The position numbers were made by a program, and so were the translations under genes. The notes below the pieces were generated by a model. That model had not been told where the DNA came from, ran no database searches, and worked only from the letters and a program-made list of their open reading frames with translations. Positions 22,978 to 36,900 of a stretch of DNA of 64,000 nt are shown here, in pieces. The stretch is from Antedon mediterranea. Its lineage: Eukaryota; Animalia; Echinodermata. Each line of letters starts with the position of its first letter. The stretch's first letter is position 1. Location: assembly GCF_964355755.1 (NCBI RefSeq), contig NC_092671.1, positions 15,190,001-15,254,000 on the forward strand, in the 5' to 3' direction.

Positions 22978-25900
22978 GAAAAAAAATGTACTGATTGTAT
23001 ATGCTGCATCCAAAACAAATCCGTCTAATTGTTATAAATGGGATTCATGTCATAGCTTTGACGATATTCATTATTCTGATCTACACTGTAAATATGTAGA
23101 GTTTGTACATACATTTTTCTTTTAGTTGTGTATATTATGAATGCATTGTATGTAATGTTTGTGACTAAATAGCATAGCTATAATAAACATCTGTTTCGTT
23201 AATAACATAACTGTTTATAAAACATGGTTATGTAAATTAACATGGAGAAATAATTCATCCGTGGTATAATGAAACCGATTAATATATGAGTACCATGTAC
23301 TTTAAATAAAATTGTTAAAAAAAAGTTAACCTAATATTATTATTTGTACAATACTGAAAAGTTCGAAAGGAATAATGAAAATCGTAAATGTATAGGCACG
23401 GCTTTCGACCGGGTGTTAATTTAAATTTCACTTTTAATTGTTATTTTCTTACAGTTTATGAGCGATTGATTTTATATTTTATTTTAGAGTCTGTTTGCTG
23501 TATGTTACATAGCACATATTATAGTATTACATTTGCATTGTGATGTCTGTCGAACGTGAAGGTATAATTGAACGTGACGTCATCATTTACAAATCAAGCC
23601 ATTATTATAATAGTTATTCTTTCGGTATACTTGGTTCATAGTTTAAATGTTGGGCCAAATTAAAAAAAACTCGATTATTCTTCTAAATATTAATACCGAT
23701 ACAATAAAATATCATTGATTTTTATGTAGACTTATTATTTTAGTTTTTTTATATTTATAAATAACATATTTTGCCTTAAACATACACATACAAAATATTA
23801 AATGTACAAACGTAATGATGTATTATATTAGTGCAATACAAAGTGCTGTTATAAACGAACTTAACGGTGTCTAGATCTGTGACGACAATTAATAAAATGA
23901 ATGAAATGCTTCATACCATGTTTGATACATTGTTGTATTTATTTGTCGTATTTTTACATATACAAAGACATGAATCACCGCACACGACATAACAAACGTA
24001 CATGTACGCAAGTACACCCGCACGTACACACTCCTGCCTGATAGCTATAATAAATGTTGCAGATAAATGTATATAATTACTGTATATTTAGCGGCAGTGG
24101 TATTTTTAGCTCGATAGGCCTATGTCGGCATAACCGCAAATATATTGTAGCATTTGATCAAGTTATATAATAATAATTATGTCATAATATTTGAGATTTC
24201 ATACGCGAATAGCCGACAAATCATGCATCAAAGCCTACTCCCCGCAGAGTCTACTGCACGGTAGGCGTACACGTCAAACAAAATATGTACTGAAACGATT
24301 TTAATTATTGGTTTGAGAAGTGATGACAACTGACATATCTTAATTAGCATTTGACAGCGCGCGTTCCCTCATAGCATTAATGTGCTGTAGGCCTAATCAT
24401 AAACCGGATTTTGGTCAATTTGTAAACTAGAGTAAGTGTTAAGCACTATAGAAAGTTAATGTCAAATTTAAATGTTTAGAGGGTAATAAATACATCAAAT
24501 ATTTAATTTCATTAAAAGAACAAGGGTGAGGGAAACAAAAATCACATACGGTAAATTACAACCTATCATTCAAAATAGGTCTGTCGCGTAGGAAATGTTA
24601 TTCAACAATTTAAATAACACAATTGTGGGATTAGAGCCTATACATGTTTGGCTATCAGGAAGAGCATCATGACATTACCTACCATCAGAGAAAATAAAAT
24701 ACTGTTGTTTGGTTGTATACAAGAACATATATACATAAGTCAATATACATAAGCCTAATACAAGGTTAGACCTAGCTATGTAGTTGGTAATAATATACCT
24801 ATAAAAGTGTTGGTAGCAGAATTCTCTCATAGTCTATCACATGGTTGGAGTGTTAATCGTTGAGCAAAACGATAAAATTGCATCGTCATTTATTTCACCA
24901 ATTTATTACCTATATTAAATGACATGTTTGACTAAGTACCTATCACCAGGACCGGACAGGAGGAAATAATTGACCAACAGAGTGACATATGATGAAGAAA
25001 CAATGAATAGACAGAATGATGACAACCTTTTTTCAAAACAAAACTCCAATATAGGCCGTGACAAGTTTTTTAACAAGATAATCATTTGGGATCTAAAGAC
25101 AACGTAGCCAATATATACGATATATATATAGACACATCAGGCACAGAATACATTCTAAACCGCCCGGTGATTTACTGAAATTTAATTCGAATTAAATTGG
25201 CCTTACTTTTGTATATAACCAGAGGTTTTACACTGAAACAACGATTTACGAAGATGACGCGGTAGGTTATATAAAAAAGGGCAACCGCAACTCAGACTCC
25301 TCAAGTTCAATGATGATGAAGATGATAGTAGGTTAATGGTAATCATATCAATCTATCATCTAAATGTAAATCTTGATAGAGATAACATTCATTGATGAAT
25401 GACGTTGGGTTGCGGTGTCTATATCAACCACGGTACTACAAGTACTGATGGAAACACGCATTAGGGCATGGTTGAATATGACGACAGAGGCCACCATTAT
25501 GAGTCGTTGAAACAAGCTGTGGACAATTGCTTGACAGTTGTAAATGTTACGTATATGGTTTGTGGTTCAAACACGTCCTTCAACTCATCTAGGAAGGAGG
25601 CTACGATGAATTCAGCAAAGAAGTTAACTCTGTCATGGAAAAAACAGGTTTTTTTGCCTGTTAAGGTTACTTTGGAAATTCTCAATGGGCTTTGTCGAGT
25701 TTTTCGCACCTGTTATACACGACACAACAGGCCAGAATCAGGCTTCCTGTCTGATCTGATAAATAAAAATATATAGTTGAGAGAAAATGACCTAAGAGTC
25801 AAAGCGAAACAAGCGCACTGCGTATCGTTAAAACACTTTACGGACCTGCGGCAACACTTTAGTTAATTATATTTTGTTAGTTTTTCCGGATTTCAAACTG

Positions 25901-26585
25901 ACAACGGAGTTCATCAAGAAAGATTAGTGTTCGCACGAGCAACACGTGTCAATTAAAACTTAATTAATACCTTTCCAAAATCGAACATGTTTATTGTCCA
26001 TCAAAAAAAACTTGGAGCATTTAACTAGATGATGATATGATTTTTGATACAAGAGACTATGTTTTCTAAATAGCATATTACTCTCAGATAATACATATAT
26101 ATTGAACACACTAAGAATATAATTCTAAAACATCGGTACAATAAAGAAAGATACTGACTTTAAGAACATCGATTGGATGTCTGATAATATCATAAGCGAT
26201 AATAATAAATTTGAAGAGGTTTTTTTCATATCTGGCTATGTTCCAAGGAGATAGAGAACACTGTCCTAGTTAAACTTAAAGTGAACTTACTACTAAACCA
26301 TCTCTGTTATACATTACTAACATTTAAGGTCACATATAGACATGTGATAAGACTGACACTCAATTGACTGAATAATTCTGTATGAGCTGTGAATGCTAGA
26401 AAATAGTTGCCGCCTGACACGGGTATTAGCCTATCCCCTTTAACATCGAATTTGGTATGGGATTGGGGAAGTCATAGGCATATAAAGCGTAAACCAAAAA
26501 GATGGTATTCACACAATACATGCTTAATATTTCTAGGTACCTCGATAGATAGAAATAAAGCTCAGAAAACATAACACACATTTAG

Positions 26586-26715
26586 TATATAAATCCAAAG
26601 GCAAATTACTGATAAAATGACAATGCTGTGGGTATCAGTGGCTGGATCTCAATGGAGATACAAAATAAAAGCGAAAAGCTAAATCAAAACGAGAAGTAAA
26701 ACAGCAAGAAAAGTT
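26586..26715 (-). mobile_element. Penelope-like terminal-repeat fragment (no hammerhead part)
   Basis: Near-identical to 35908-36025 (TATATAAATCCAAAGGCAAATTACTGA...ATGACAATGCTGTGGGTATCAGTGGCTGGATCTCAATGGAGATACAAA). Confidence 0.6.
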
Positions 26716-27101
26716 AGCATTTAGTATATATAAATATAAAATGTATATTAAATATGAAATTAATTTTCAGAAATTCTATTAAACGAAAAAGGAAAATATA
26801 TAAATATGAATAATACATTTTCTAAGTTGCTTTGCTCGACTGTTTTATTTGTAACTTTAAACTTTCATTTTTATACCGATTTGCAGACAGACTTTCTCAT
26901 GGGATTTTATCATTCAATATAGATTATCATTCAAATAAAATAAAACAATATTGTAAATACTGTTATTCATATATCAACAAACATAAATATTTTACATAAA
27001 AGTTTTCCACTAACTTTTTGTTCTAATATTCAAATAATAATTATAAAATTACAGCGCATCCTAATATCCCAACATTAGCGACTTTTTTACAATGTCTCCT
27101 A

Positions 27102-27277
27102 TGCCGTGTTTCTGCAGCTAAACAAATTAACTGATAATTAACCGATAAAAATCTTGTGTTGTGATTGGCCACTTGGTTGGTCGTTAATGTCTGATCATAT
27201 GCACTTTATTTGTTATTAGTTTTCTGATTGGTTCAAAACTTAACCGATAATTTTGATATAGATGCAGAAACACGGCA
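27102..27277. mobile_element. MITE with 19-bp TIRs and a 3-bp target duplication (PIF/Harbinger-like)
   Basis: cta|TGCCGTGTTTCTGCAGCTA ... TAGATGCAGAAACACGGCA|cta. Confidence 0.75.
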
Positions 27278-27845
27278 CTAGAGAGAAGAACTCCAATTAA
27301 GAGACCCGCTCCATTAAGAGATACATTCCAATAAAATACTGTATACCAAAAAATAAAAGATACCCTAACATTCTCCTTCTATAAACACTAAAGAAATTGA
27401 AGGTAACATGCATGCAACATCCTTAGATTTAACTTCATGTACATCCTAAAATTAAAGATACCCTGCAATTACAGATCAATTTTCTGTGGCTGAGATCTGC
27501 ACAGCTTTATAAGTATTAAAAGACTGATTCTAAAAATACTAAAATATATCAAAACTGCAGTAAAATCCTATATGTACTTTATAATATGTTATATATGCAT
27601 ATAGATAGTATAAAATAAAATAGCAGAATAAAAACTAACTTTGTAATCACTATTGCTGTACTACATATGTTATAATAGACTCAATATTCATAATTCATTT
27701 ACACTATTAACATATAATACTGCTTATAATATATTTTATTATACATAAATATTTTCTAACTTACGTATATACATATAATACATTTTAATAAGTTATTAAT
27801 AAATAATACTATATTGGTTTACTTCGCTTAAAGGTGTTTTTTTGT

Positions 27846-27909
27846 TCACAGGTAACTTTCATGTTTTTCTTTATGTTTTTTCTCAACTTCTTCATCAGAA
27901 CTATCATAC
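27846..27909 (-). CDS. SNCAIP: Synphilin-like terminal exon
   Basis: (W)YDSSDEEVEKKHKEKHESYL*; TTTCAG acceptor, phase 2. Confidence 0.75.
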
Positions 27910-30900
27910 CTGAAAGACATTAGTAAATTTATATATTAAATCAAAAAATAGATATTACTTATTACTTTCATATGAAATCATATTTAGTATCAATTAAAAG
28001 CAGCCAGAATGCGTACAGTAAATTTCAATATACAAGTCGAAATATCTAATGTTAAAAATTGTGTCCGATTGTTATATTTCTCATTATACACATTAAATTA
28101 AATCAATCTGATTTTGCATTTTTATTGCAACTGTGTAAATTATGTAAATTTAACATAATACTTTATATAACATTTTACCTTTTTGAATTATTCTTGGCAT
28201 CATTGTCACAATCAATCAAAACATTAAAAATTGATGATAAAAAGACGTCTTCTTTCAATTAAATATTTTAATAGTTTTTTCTCGTTTCTTTTTCTTAATA
28301 AAAATTAACCACCCAGAACCACACAGAAAAGTATAGTAGATACAATTGTAGTACCATTTTATATACTAGAAAACCTAATAATTGAATTTAAGAAAACCAT
28401 TAAAAACAAACGTTAAACAACCCAAAAAGGACATTTAAAAAAAAAAAAAAAAAGAACCACCATATCAGAAATAACTAATATAGACTTACTGAAAAATATT
28501 TAAAAATCCTTATAAAGGTTTAAACTGTAATAAATTAAAATATTTTGAATTCATTTAATATTTAAAAAAATATACATATATTATTGTTATTGCACAAAAC
28601 AAACAAACAATCAATTCTTCATAATTATTATATTATTATTATCAGCTTTTTTACTATTGAAATAAATTCTGAAATACTTTTTTAATGAGCCGGTTTTATA
28701 ACACACAAGTGTCTTGCCATTTGATTGGTTGATGCATCACATGCTATTCATTACTTGTACTATACACATTTTGTGCAAAGCGAGGAAGGCGACGTTTGCG
28801 ATTCGAAAAACCAACCTGTTGTGCGCAGTATTTAATGCTTAACCCAGTGGCCAAATTCCGAATATTTTGTTCTGGGCCTTGGGTCTAGCCTTAGCAAATC
28901 ACAGTAGATATGAAAACAAATAATATATCATATACAGATAATAAAATATTTTGTGTTAGTGGAATGGATGGATTTGTCATGGCGAAAAGTATATCCATTG
29001 TAATCATAATCATTTATTTTGTATAACAATTTCTTATTGTACTTTATTACATATCATGGGAAAAAATCTAAATGACTTGAGTAATGTTATTGAATCAGTT
29101 TCCCCACCTAAAACCAAATCAATACAGCGTCATGTTTTAAATTGTTCAGATACGATACAGTTCACAGTTCCAATTATTTAACACATTAAAACCAGGTTAT
29201 AAGTCTTTTGGGATTTCGAAAATTACCGCAAACACATTTTTCTTTCTCTTGCTTTGAGATTGTTGGTACGTGAGATACCTGATTGTGCGTAGGCATTAAT
29301 TACATGTTCTTTGTGACTTCAATTAAGTTTGTTAGTCACCCTCATGCGATGAGTCGCACTCGTCTAGTGAGTCATGCTCGTCCTCGATTCCAACCTGCTT
29401 TAGATAAATTTCAACTTATTTCCTGCTTCACACTTTTACATATTTTTTTTTCTGGGGGAAAAAAAGTTGTTTTAAAACTACATGATGTATCACACACTTA
29501 CCAGGCTCTTGAATGTGTGTCGTCTGAAGCGGTCTCATTCCACGTCGAGTCCATATCACCGAAATCACCAACTTCATCTGTCTGTAAATGATAGATTGTA
29601 AATCATGATTAAATGATACAGAACTGCAATGCATTTTCAACATTTTATTCAACTAAATCTGGATGAATTGTTTGTACAGTAGAAGCAAGAGACACACACA
29701 GGACCCAATAAAGTTTTCCCTTAATAGGAGTGTCTCTTGAATAGGGGTACTGGCTGTAGTGTAAAATATATACTGTATGTGACCCCCCATTACGCATTTC
29801 CCCCCAATTAGGGGTTCTAATGTATTCCTATGCTAAGGCCATGTGACTAATTACAGTTTACAATATCTAAATTATATTGTCAATAATCAAAGATAAAAGC
29901 CATCTAAATTCAATAGACATGTTGAAATTTTAAATTAAAATAACTATTTTCTTGCAATCAATTCTAAAGAATTTGTAGGGATCCGCAATTTTTCTTGATT
30001 CAATTGGCATTAACAAATTTAATTACAAAAAAGCACCAGGAAAAGAAAATAATTAAATTAATATATTAGGAAATGGATAACAAAATATACAGGTAAAGTT
30101 TATACTATCTATTTAAGTGATAACGGTTTTGTTTAATTTAACAACATTTCCGAAAATAATAATCAATGTCAACTCCACCCTTTACGTTCATTTCCTATTG
30201 TCATATCTATTCACATTAAACCATTGTCAGCCTATTTATGAGTAATAAGTCTTACCATTCCGTTAGCAATTCTTAGATTATCTTGCAAAAGTTGGCCATT
30301 TGGTCTAATCTTGCGCGGAGGAATATTCGCTTTCTGAACCGGTTTTGTTCGCATAACCGAAGAACTTGGTTTCTCTATACATCTATCAAATTTAGATTTC
30401 ATTTCTGTGTTTCTTTGTTCAAATTCTTTTTCTTGTTGTTTATAGAATAAGTTGTGATCATTCATGGATTCTCGTTCTTTATATAATGACTTTTCATCAA
30501 TAGCGAATGTAATGTGTTTATTTTTCCCCTTTTTTCTTTGTTCACCCGGTGGAGTTAAGATTCCAGATCGCATGTGTTTTTCCGTGTTACCGTTAGTTAC
30601 AGGTACATCACATGATATTTTACTATCAGTAATTGTGTCCAATAATTCATGATGTTCTTCAACAACTGTTGACAACATTGTTTCCCCATCAATATCTATT
30701 TTAATCATTTTTCTTTGCTGTGGTTTTGTTGTCTGAACTTGTCGTAAATAATCTGGCATTTGCTTTAATGCGGCATACTTATTGGCAGGTAGATGCCGTG
30801 AGAAGATACGATGTAAATTTTCTGTACTATTTTCAATTTTTTCGACAATAGGTGAAGGCCTTGATTTCTTGTAGACATCTTTTAATGATGTTGAAACGGC

Positions 30901-33900
30901 AGGTGAATCGTTTAAGCTGGCATGACTTGAAATAATCTGTGACTGTCTGGATCCAGAAATACTACCATTAGGAGTAGTCTTAGTTCTATTGTAACTTGAC
31001 TGGCTCGCTAATTCGTGCGTTATTGAATCGTGATCTGAATCCAATGGCACCATATCACCATTCACTACTTTACAATGTCCATCTTCTGATTTCTTCGCAA
31101 AATAAGTACGTAATCTTTCTCCTCTCATCTCAGACTTTGAGACCTTTGGTCCGAGGCCTAGCGAGCTGGAAGAGCTACCACTTGATTGAGGAGAATGAAC
31201 TGGTTTTTTCACTATAGTTGCGGTTTTTGCTTCAATTTTTTTAGAAGATCCTGAGTAGAATTTATCATGAGAAGCAAACTCATCACCATTTTGAGCTGTA
31301 GGTAATTGTGTTTGGAGCTTAAATTTCACATAACAACCTGAATTAATGTTTTGCTTTCGATCACAATCTTCGTATATACTTCTTGAAATAGAGGAAGATG
31401 GTGGTGAGCTTTGAGTAGAGCAAAGAGTAGAACTTTGAGTATTAGTTAAGAGACTGTTCTCTGATGATGGTTTCATGCCCCATGCCCTCTTATCTTCATC
31501 TGTCTTGGCAGAAGTCACTTTAAGTATTTGCAGGCTAACGTCTTTCAACTTACTCCTGGAAAATATTAATATTGATGACAATACATTTCAATATAAATAA
31601 TATTATGCAATTATTAATAAAATAGCAAAGCTAATAATCAATATAAAGTAGTCCTATATATAAAAATCAATTAAAACATTTTTTTAAATAGTGAGTGACG
31701 TAATTCTAAACAAACACAATACAGTACTATAATTGAATAATTAAGTATTTATTAATGAATTACGGTAATTACCTAATCACCAACAAACGATAAAATTAAC
31801 ACTTTCTATTTACAAGAATAGTATCAATAATGAACACATAGCCTGAATATAACATTGACCTAAATACCTCAACAGGTTCATTGGCTGGTGGGGCTCATCA
31901 GACGACACAGTAGGTCGTTGATAAGGCTCTTGAATACGTTGAATGGTGTTTTCAATCTTTTGTAACTCACTGCCCTCTGGACTTCGTCGATTACTGCACT
32001 CATTCACCAAACAATCGCAAACGTCGTTCAACAAATCAGCTTTCTCTTTCGCTTGGGCACTACGAATGTAAACATCGGTTGAAGTGATAAGTTAAAATCA
32101 TTGGTTTCTCTACTTGATTGTCCGCAACGAAGTATCATTAAAAAAAATGCTATTTTGACATTCCTATGAGATTTTATTGGATATGTTAAGAATCCCAGGT
32201 GGCCAATACAAAGGGAAATTGAAAGTATGTTTGTAATTTAAATAGCTCGGAATTTCTCCTGTCCACCTGTGTATTGGGTTAAGTATTTCAGGAATGCGTG
32301 ATTTGAAGAGTTTCCTGAAATGGGTGATTGAGACACCTGGCTCTTGCTTCTGAGTTATCAAACCAAGTATTTTTGTATTTGTACCAGTGAAACTTCCTCA
32401 ACAAACTATGCCTCATATTTAATGTCACGATGACCTTGAAATAGTTGAAAGTATGTACTTTCTAGGAGGTGAATTCATTTCCAAATCATTGAACTACTTT
32501 ATAATTAAATGATAAGATTAAATAATAGCTTTCCATTTCAAAGTGTTTAGTTAATGCATACTAATAGACTACAAATATAGTAGCATGTATTTTAAACAGG
32601 CAATTTACAGTAATCAAATGAAAGTTTTTATTTTTTAATATTTTAATCTGAAAAGAATTATTCAATGTAAAGTCATGTGGAATATATTTTTTATTTTGTT
32701 TAAATGGTGAATAAACACTAGTTGAGTCAGGTTTGCGGTACACTACATGTTTTTTAAAAAGAAAATAAAAATAGAGAAATTTTCAACATAACTTTCCTTT
32801 TTGAAAACACATATACTGTAAATCGTATTTCATTAATTTTGAATTTGTTTTTCTATTTGTTGTTTATTTATTTTATTGTTGTTTTGTAATGGTTTCCTAT
32901 AATCAACAATCAAGTATTGAAATTAACATAATTGTGAATAACTATTTTGAATAAACTCACCTGGAATTTGAATCTTTGTCTTTGCTTTGTAAATGCATCA
33001 TATCAAGTTTTTTAATCAGCATACTCGTTAGACTTTTATATTCTGCTCTAACTTCATCAACTTTCTTCATCAAATCTGTCTTTTGCATCTGAATCAAACC
33101 ATCTGTACAAGTAACAGCCTAGAAAATAAATTAATACATTTAAGAAAATCTAAATAAAACCTATACACAATATAGTAATTGTATTATATAATTTCAGATT
33201 TTGTTTAGACAATAAATATATCTTAATTTAAGAAAACTTTTATGTCCAATATAATAGCAATCACCACAGAAATGTATAGTTTTATCTACCTCTTGTACTT
33301 TATAATTGTAGATTTTAAAATCTAAATATGAATTTTCTATTTCATTGGCTAGATAGAATCTTGAAGTATAACACATATACAAGAAGAGACAACATGCACC
33401 ATAATAGATAGAGACATCTTTTTATCTTTATTTAATTTACGTCATAATTATGTAAACCACATGTTTATTATCATATTTGCTAATAATTGACATTTATGAT
33501 TGATTTTAGCAGCATATTCATCAATCAATCAAAAAAGGAGTGATAGATTTGTTCAATGTCTGTTGCGTGTAAGGCGCAGTGACACAAGGGGCTATCACTT
33601 CACCGTCCTAATTCTTTTAAAATTATGCGTAGTTTTCAGTTTAAATGTTTGAATTTCAAAATTGAGAGTTTTAAATATATGAATTTTATTACAATGTCAA
33701 TCATTTTATGTGTCATCTAAATCATATATTTAAATCATGGTTATTATTAATAGTAAATAAACCTCATGTAATTTTGTTTTTAATGTACACAAGCCGCGAA
33801 TTGGGTACACTGGACCTACAGTGTATAACACTACAAAACGCTTTGAAACAGCCATGTTGATTTTTGTTACGTCCAGTGGTTAATGTTACATTATTGGTTG

Positions 33901-36900
33901 GTTGTTACGTTAGTGGGTGATACAACCCCAAGCAGATTACAACCTGCTTCAAACTGCCTTCTGGACTACTAGTGTCAGTAAATCATACAAAGAGATAGAA
34001 GAACCCTGTATCTCTAAATATGACAGAAGAACCAATACTAAGTTTCAAACAAGAGGCAACATGTGTTTGTTTTAGACTACTGTAAGTCCAAGTCTGATTT
34101 AGAATGCCAACACCAATGGTGTCTCTAAAGCGTGGTTCCCACTAGCGACGCAACACAAGGACGTAACGCAACGCAAGTGAATTGACCAATCACAAGCGAT
34201 GGCTTATTCGCTTGTGATTGCTAACTGTCTATAACTTCCCTTGTCATTGGTTAAAACGCTTGCGTTCTAGTGGGAACCAAGCTTTAAATAGAGGTTCTAT
34301 TGTAAATATCTTAATGATGATACATAAGAGGTTCTTACGTCATCTAATCTGGACTTCAACACAGTGTTCTCTTGCTCAATCCTGTTGAGGAAAAAATACA
34401 TATCTTTAACCATGTCATAATTATATTGACTTGCTTGAATATATTTTGCTGTTTAATGATTGAGGCGGTAATAAATATTACAATGACACTACAGGCAGCA
34501 TTTATTTGAGTAACACACTGAGAAGTACTTATTTATTTTAGTGGTGGTCCCACATTACTTGACATGGTTATTCTAAAAAAAGTTATGTTAAAATTAAGAA
34601 AGCACAAAAATTATAAACGTTTTTTAATAGAATATTCTATTAAAAGTTATGTTTATAAAAAAATAATTGTTGATTATATTATTATAATACTTATTTGTCA
34701 GAAGCACTTTTGTGAAAGGTAAAACTTTTACCTTTTTTACAGCACTAACCAAACGATCAAATTTTCTCGTAGGGAGGATTGTCATGTGACAATAAATCAT
34801 ATCTTTTTCACTCTACTTTTTAACTTAAGATTCATAAAAGAGAGATTCATCGGAAAGGGAGGGATCACACTGTCAAGTAAATGCATGAATTAGCAATCAC
34901 AAAGATTAATTATTAAATTAGGTAAGTTCAAGTTCAAGTTCAGATTTATTGATCCACCTAAGTCCAGGTCAACACCTACTGTAGATATCCTACCCTGGGG
35001 CTGAGGAAACACAAACACCAAATTGATTTAACAACTTGTGATAAGAAATGCAACAGGTTACTGAATAATACAATAATATTGATTAAATAAAGTTATTCTA
35101 GGATTAGAAATTTATTTTTAGCTAAGCTTTTAAGATAAGCAGTAAAAATAATATTTGTTTTTTAATGCTTTCAAGTGAAACAAACTTAAGTTATCACAAG
35201 AGAATTAGAAGGTTCCCCCCATGCATTGGGTTCGTTTTAAAGTTTGATTTTATTCATCTTTATTTTTTTGGCCAAAAATACATCTTTAAGAGATTTAAAA
35301 AATCAATTTATGAAAAATGTGATGTTTTACTTCAAAGGATTATGAAATACATTAAAAATGTAAGTTAACATACTCTCTTAGCTCCCGCTGAAGACGAACA
35401 ACCTGATCTGACAGTGTAGAACATGCTTCAACAACGACCAAAAACTGAGCACATGATGAAAATCCATGCTTAAGAGCCAGTGTACAAGGTGTTTGTTGCT
35501 TTTTGTTTAATAATGTTATATCTTGATTATACTCAACCAATGTCTATAAATAGAAAAAAATAACTGTTCTAAAAAAAAACTCATCACTCATGACTATATC
35601 TATACATGTATAGAAGGTTCTCATTTTGAATACTGGGAGGACAGCTTTTCTCATTCACACAGATTTTAGAATGTCTTCTATGCATTTATATACACATATA
35701 TAATCTACATGGTAGACTTGATCCAGATCATGAATAAGAGTGCTTGATACAGAAGTAGAGCAATATAAATAAAAAATCCAGACTCAGGCCTAACACCTGA
35801 AGATTGAGCAGGTACTTTTATCTCTCTCATGAAACAGTCTGTAGTGTTAATAAATATGTTCAAATATTAACCTGAGTCTTGATTTTTCATTTATACACAT
35901 AATATATATATATAAATCCAAAGGCAAATTACTGAAATGAAAAAATGACAATGCTGTGGGTATCAGTGGCTGGATCTCAATGGAGATACAAATGAAACAT
36001 GCAAAAAGCTAAAACAAAACAATAAAATAAAGCAGTTAAAAATAAATTGCGAAGCTTTCGGACAACATTAGCCCTTTCTCAGTGTAAGTGAGAGTACTTG
36101 ATTCAATTTTTTTATACACAATCTAAAATTATAATAAATTTTAAAAGGAATATATTAAATGTTTTTTATATATTTTTTTCAATACTGTATGTCATCAAAT
36201 ATCCTATGTTTTTTTATTTGCTTATCTTACATGTCATTTATTGTATCATCATGTTTTTATATCTAGCCCATGTGCACCGAGTATTCAGTTTACAAATTTA
36301 AATGGGAATGATACAGATGGGACAAGATATTACATTCAAAAGTTCAAAAAAGGAACACATTCCAACTTCCTTTCAAGTCATATTACAAAAAAAAAAATTG
36401 CATAAACTAACTTACAGCCAATCATGACAGAATTGTATGTGACCTCCATGAGGTCAAGTGCAAAAAACACCTTTTATTTCCCTCTTTCCCTTCTGCCGAA
36501 CTATGAAAGGCGCCAAAAGAATCCTAGTACTCAAATATCAACTATAGACATCTGATAAATACCAGCGCAACAGCTGGCTTTTTTCAATTTTAATCTTTTT
36601 TTTTTTCTTTAAAAAAAAAATCAAATTTACATTTTTATTTTAACCGTTATTGATCCTGTGGGAATTGGACAGGAAAATAGTAAACTTGTATTTGATTACA
36701 AAAGTCAGGGGTTAGATCACATTTGATTAAAAATGTGATAATCATATCTTATATTTAAAGGATATATTCCTACTTAAAAATATCGAAAAATATAAGGTTC
36801 TATTAAAATTTGTGAAAATTAAAACCATATCAAAGGTATAGTCTCTAATTAAAGAAAGATACTGAGTTTCATAAAAAATCAATACTTAACTTAACTCTGC

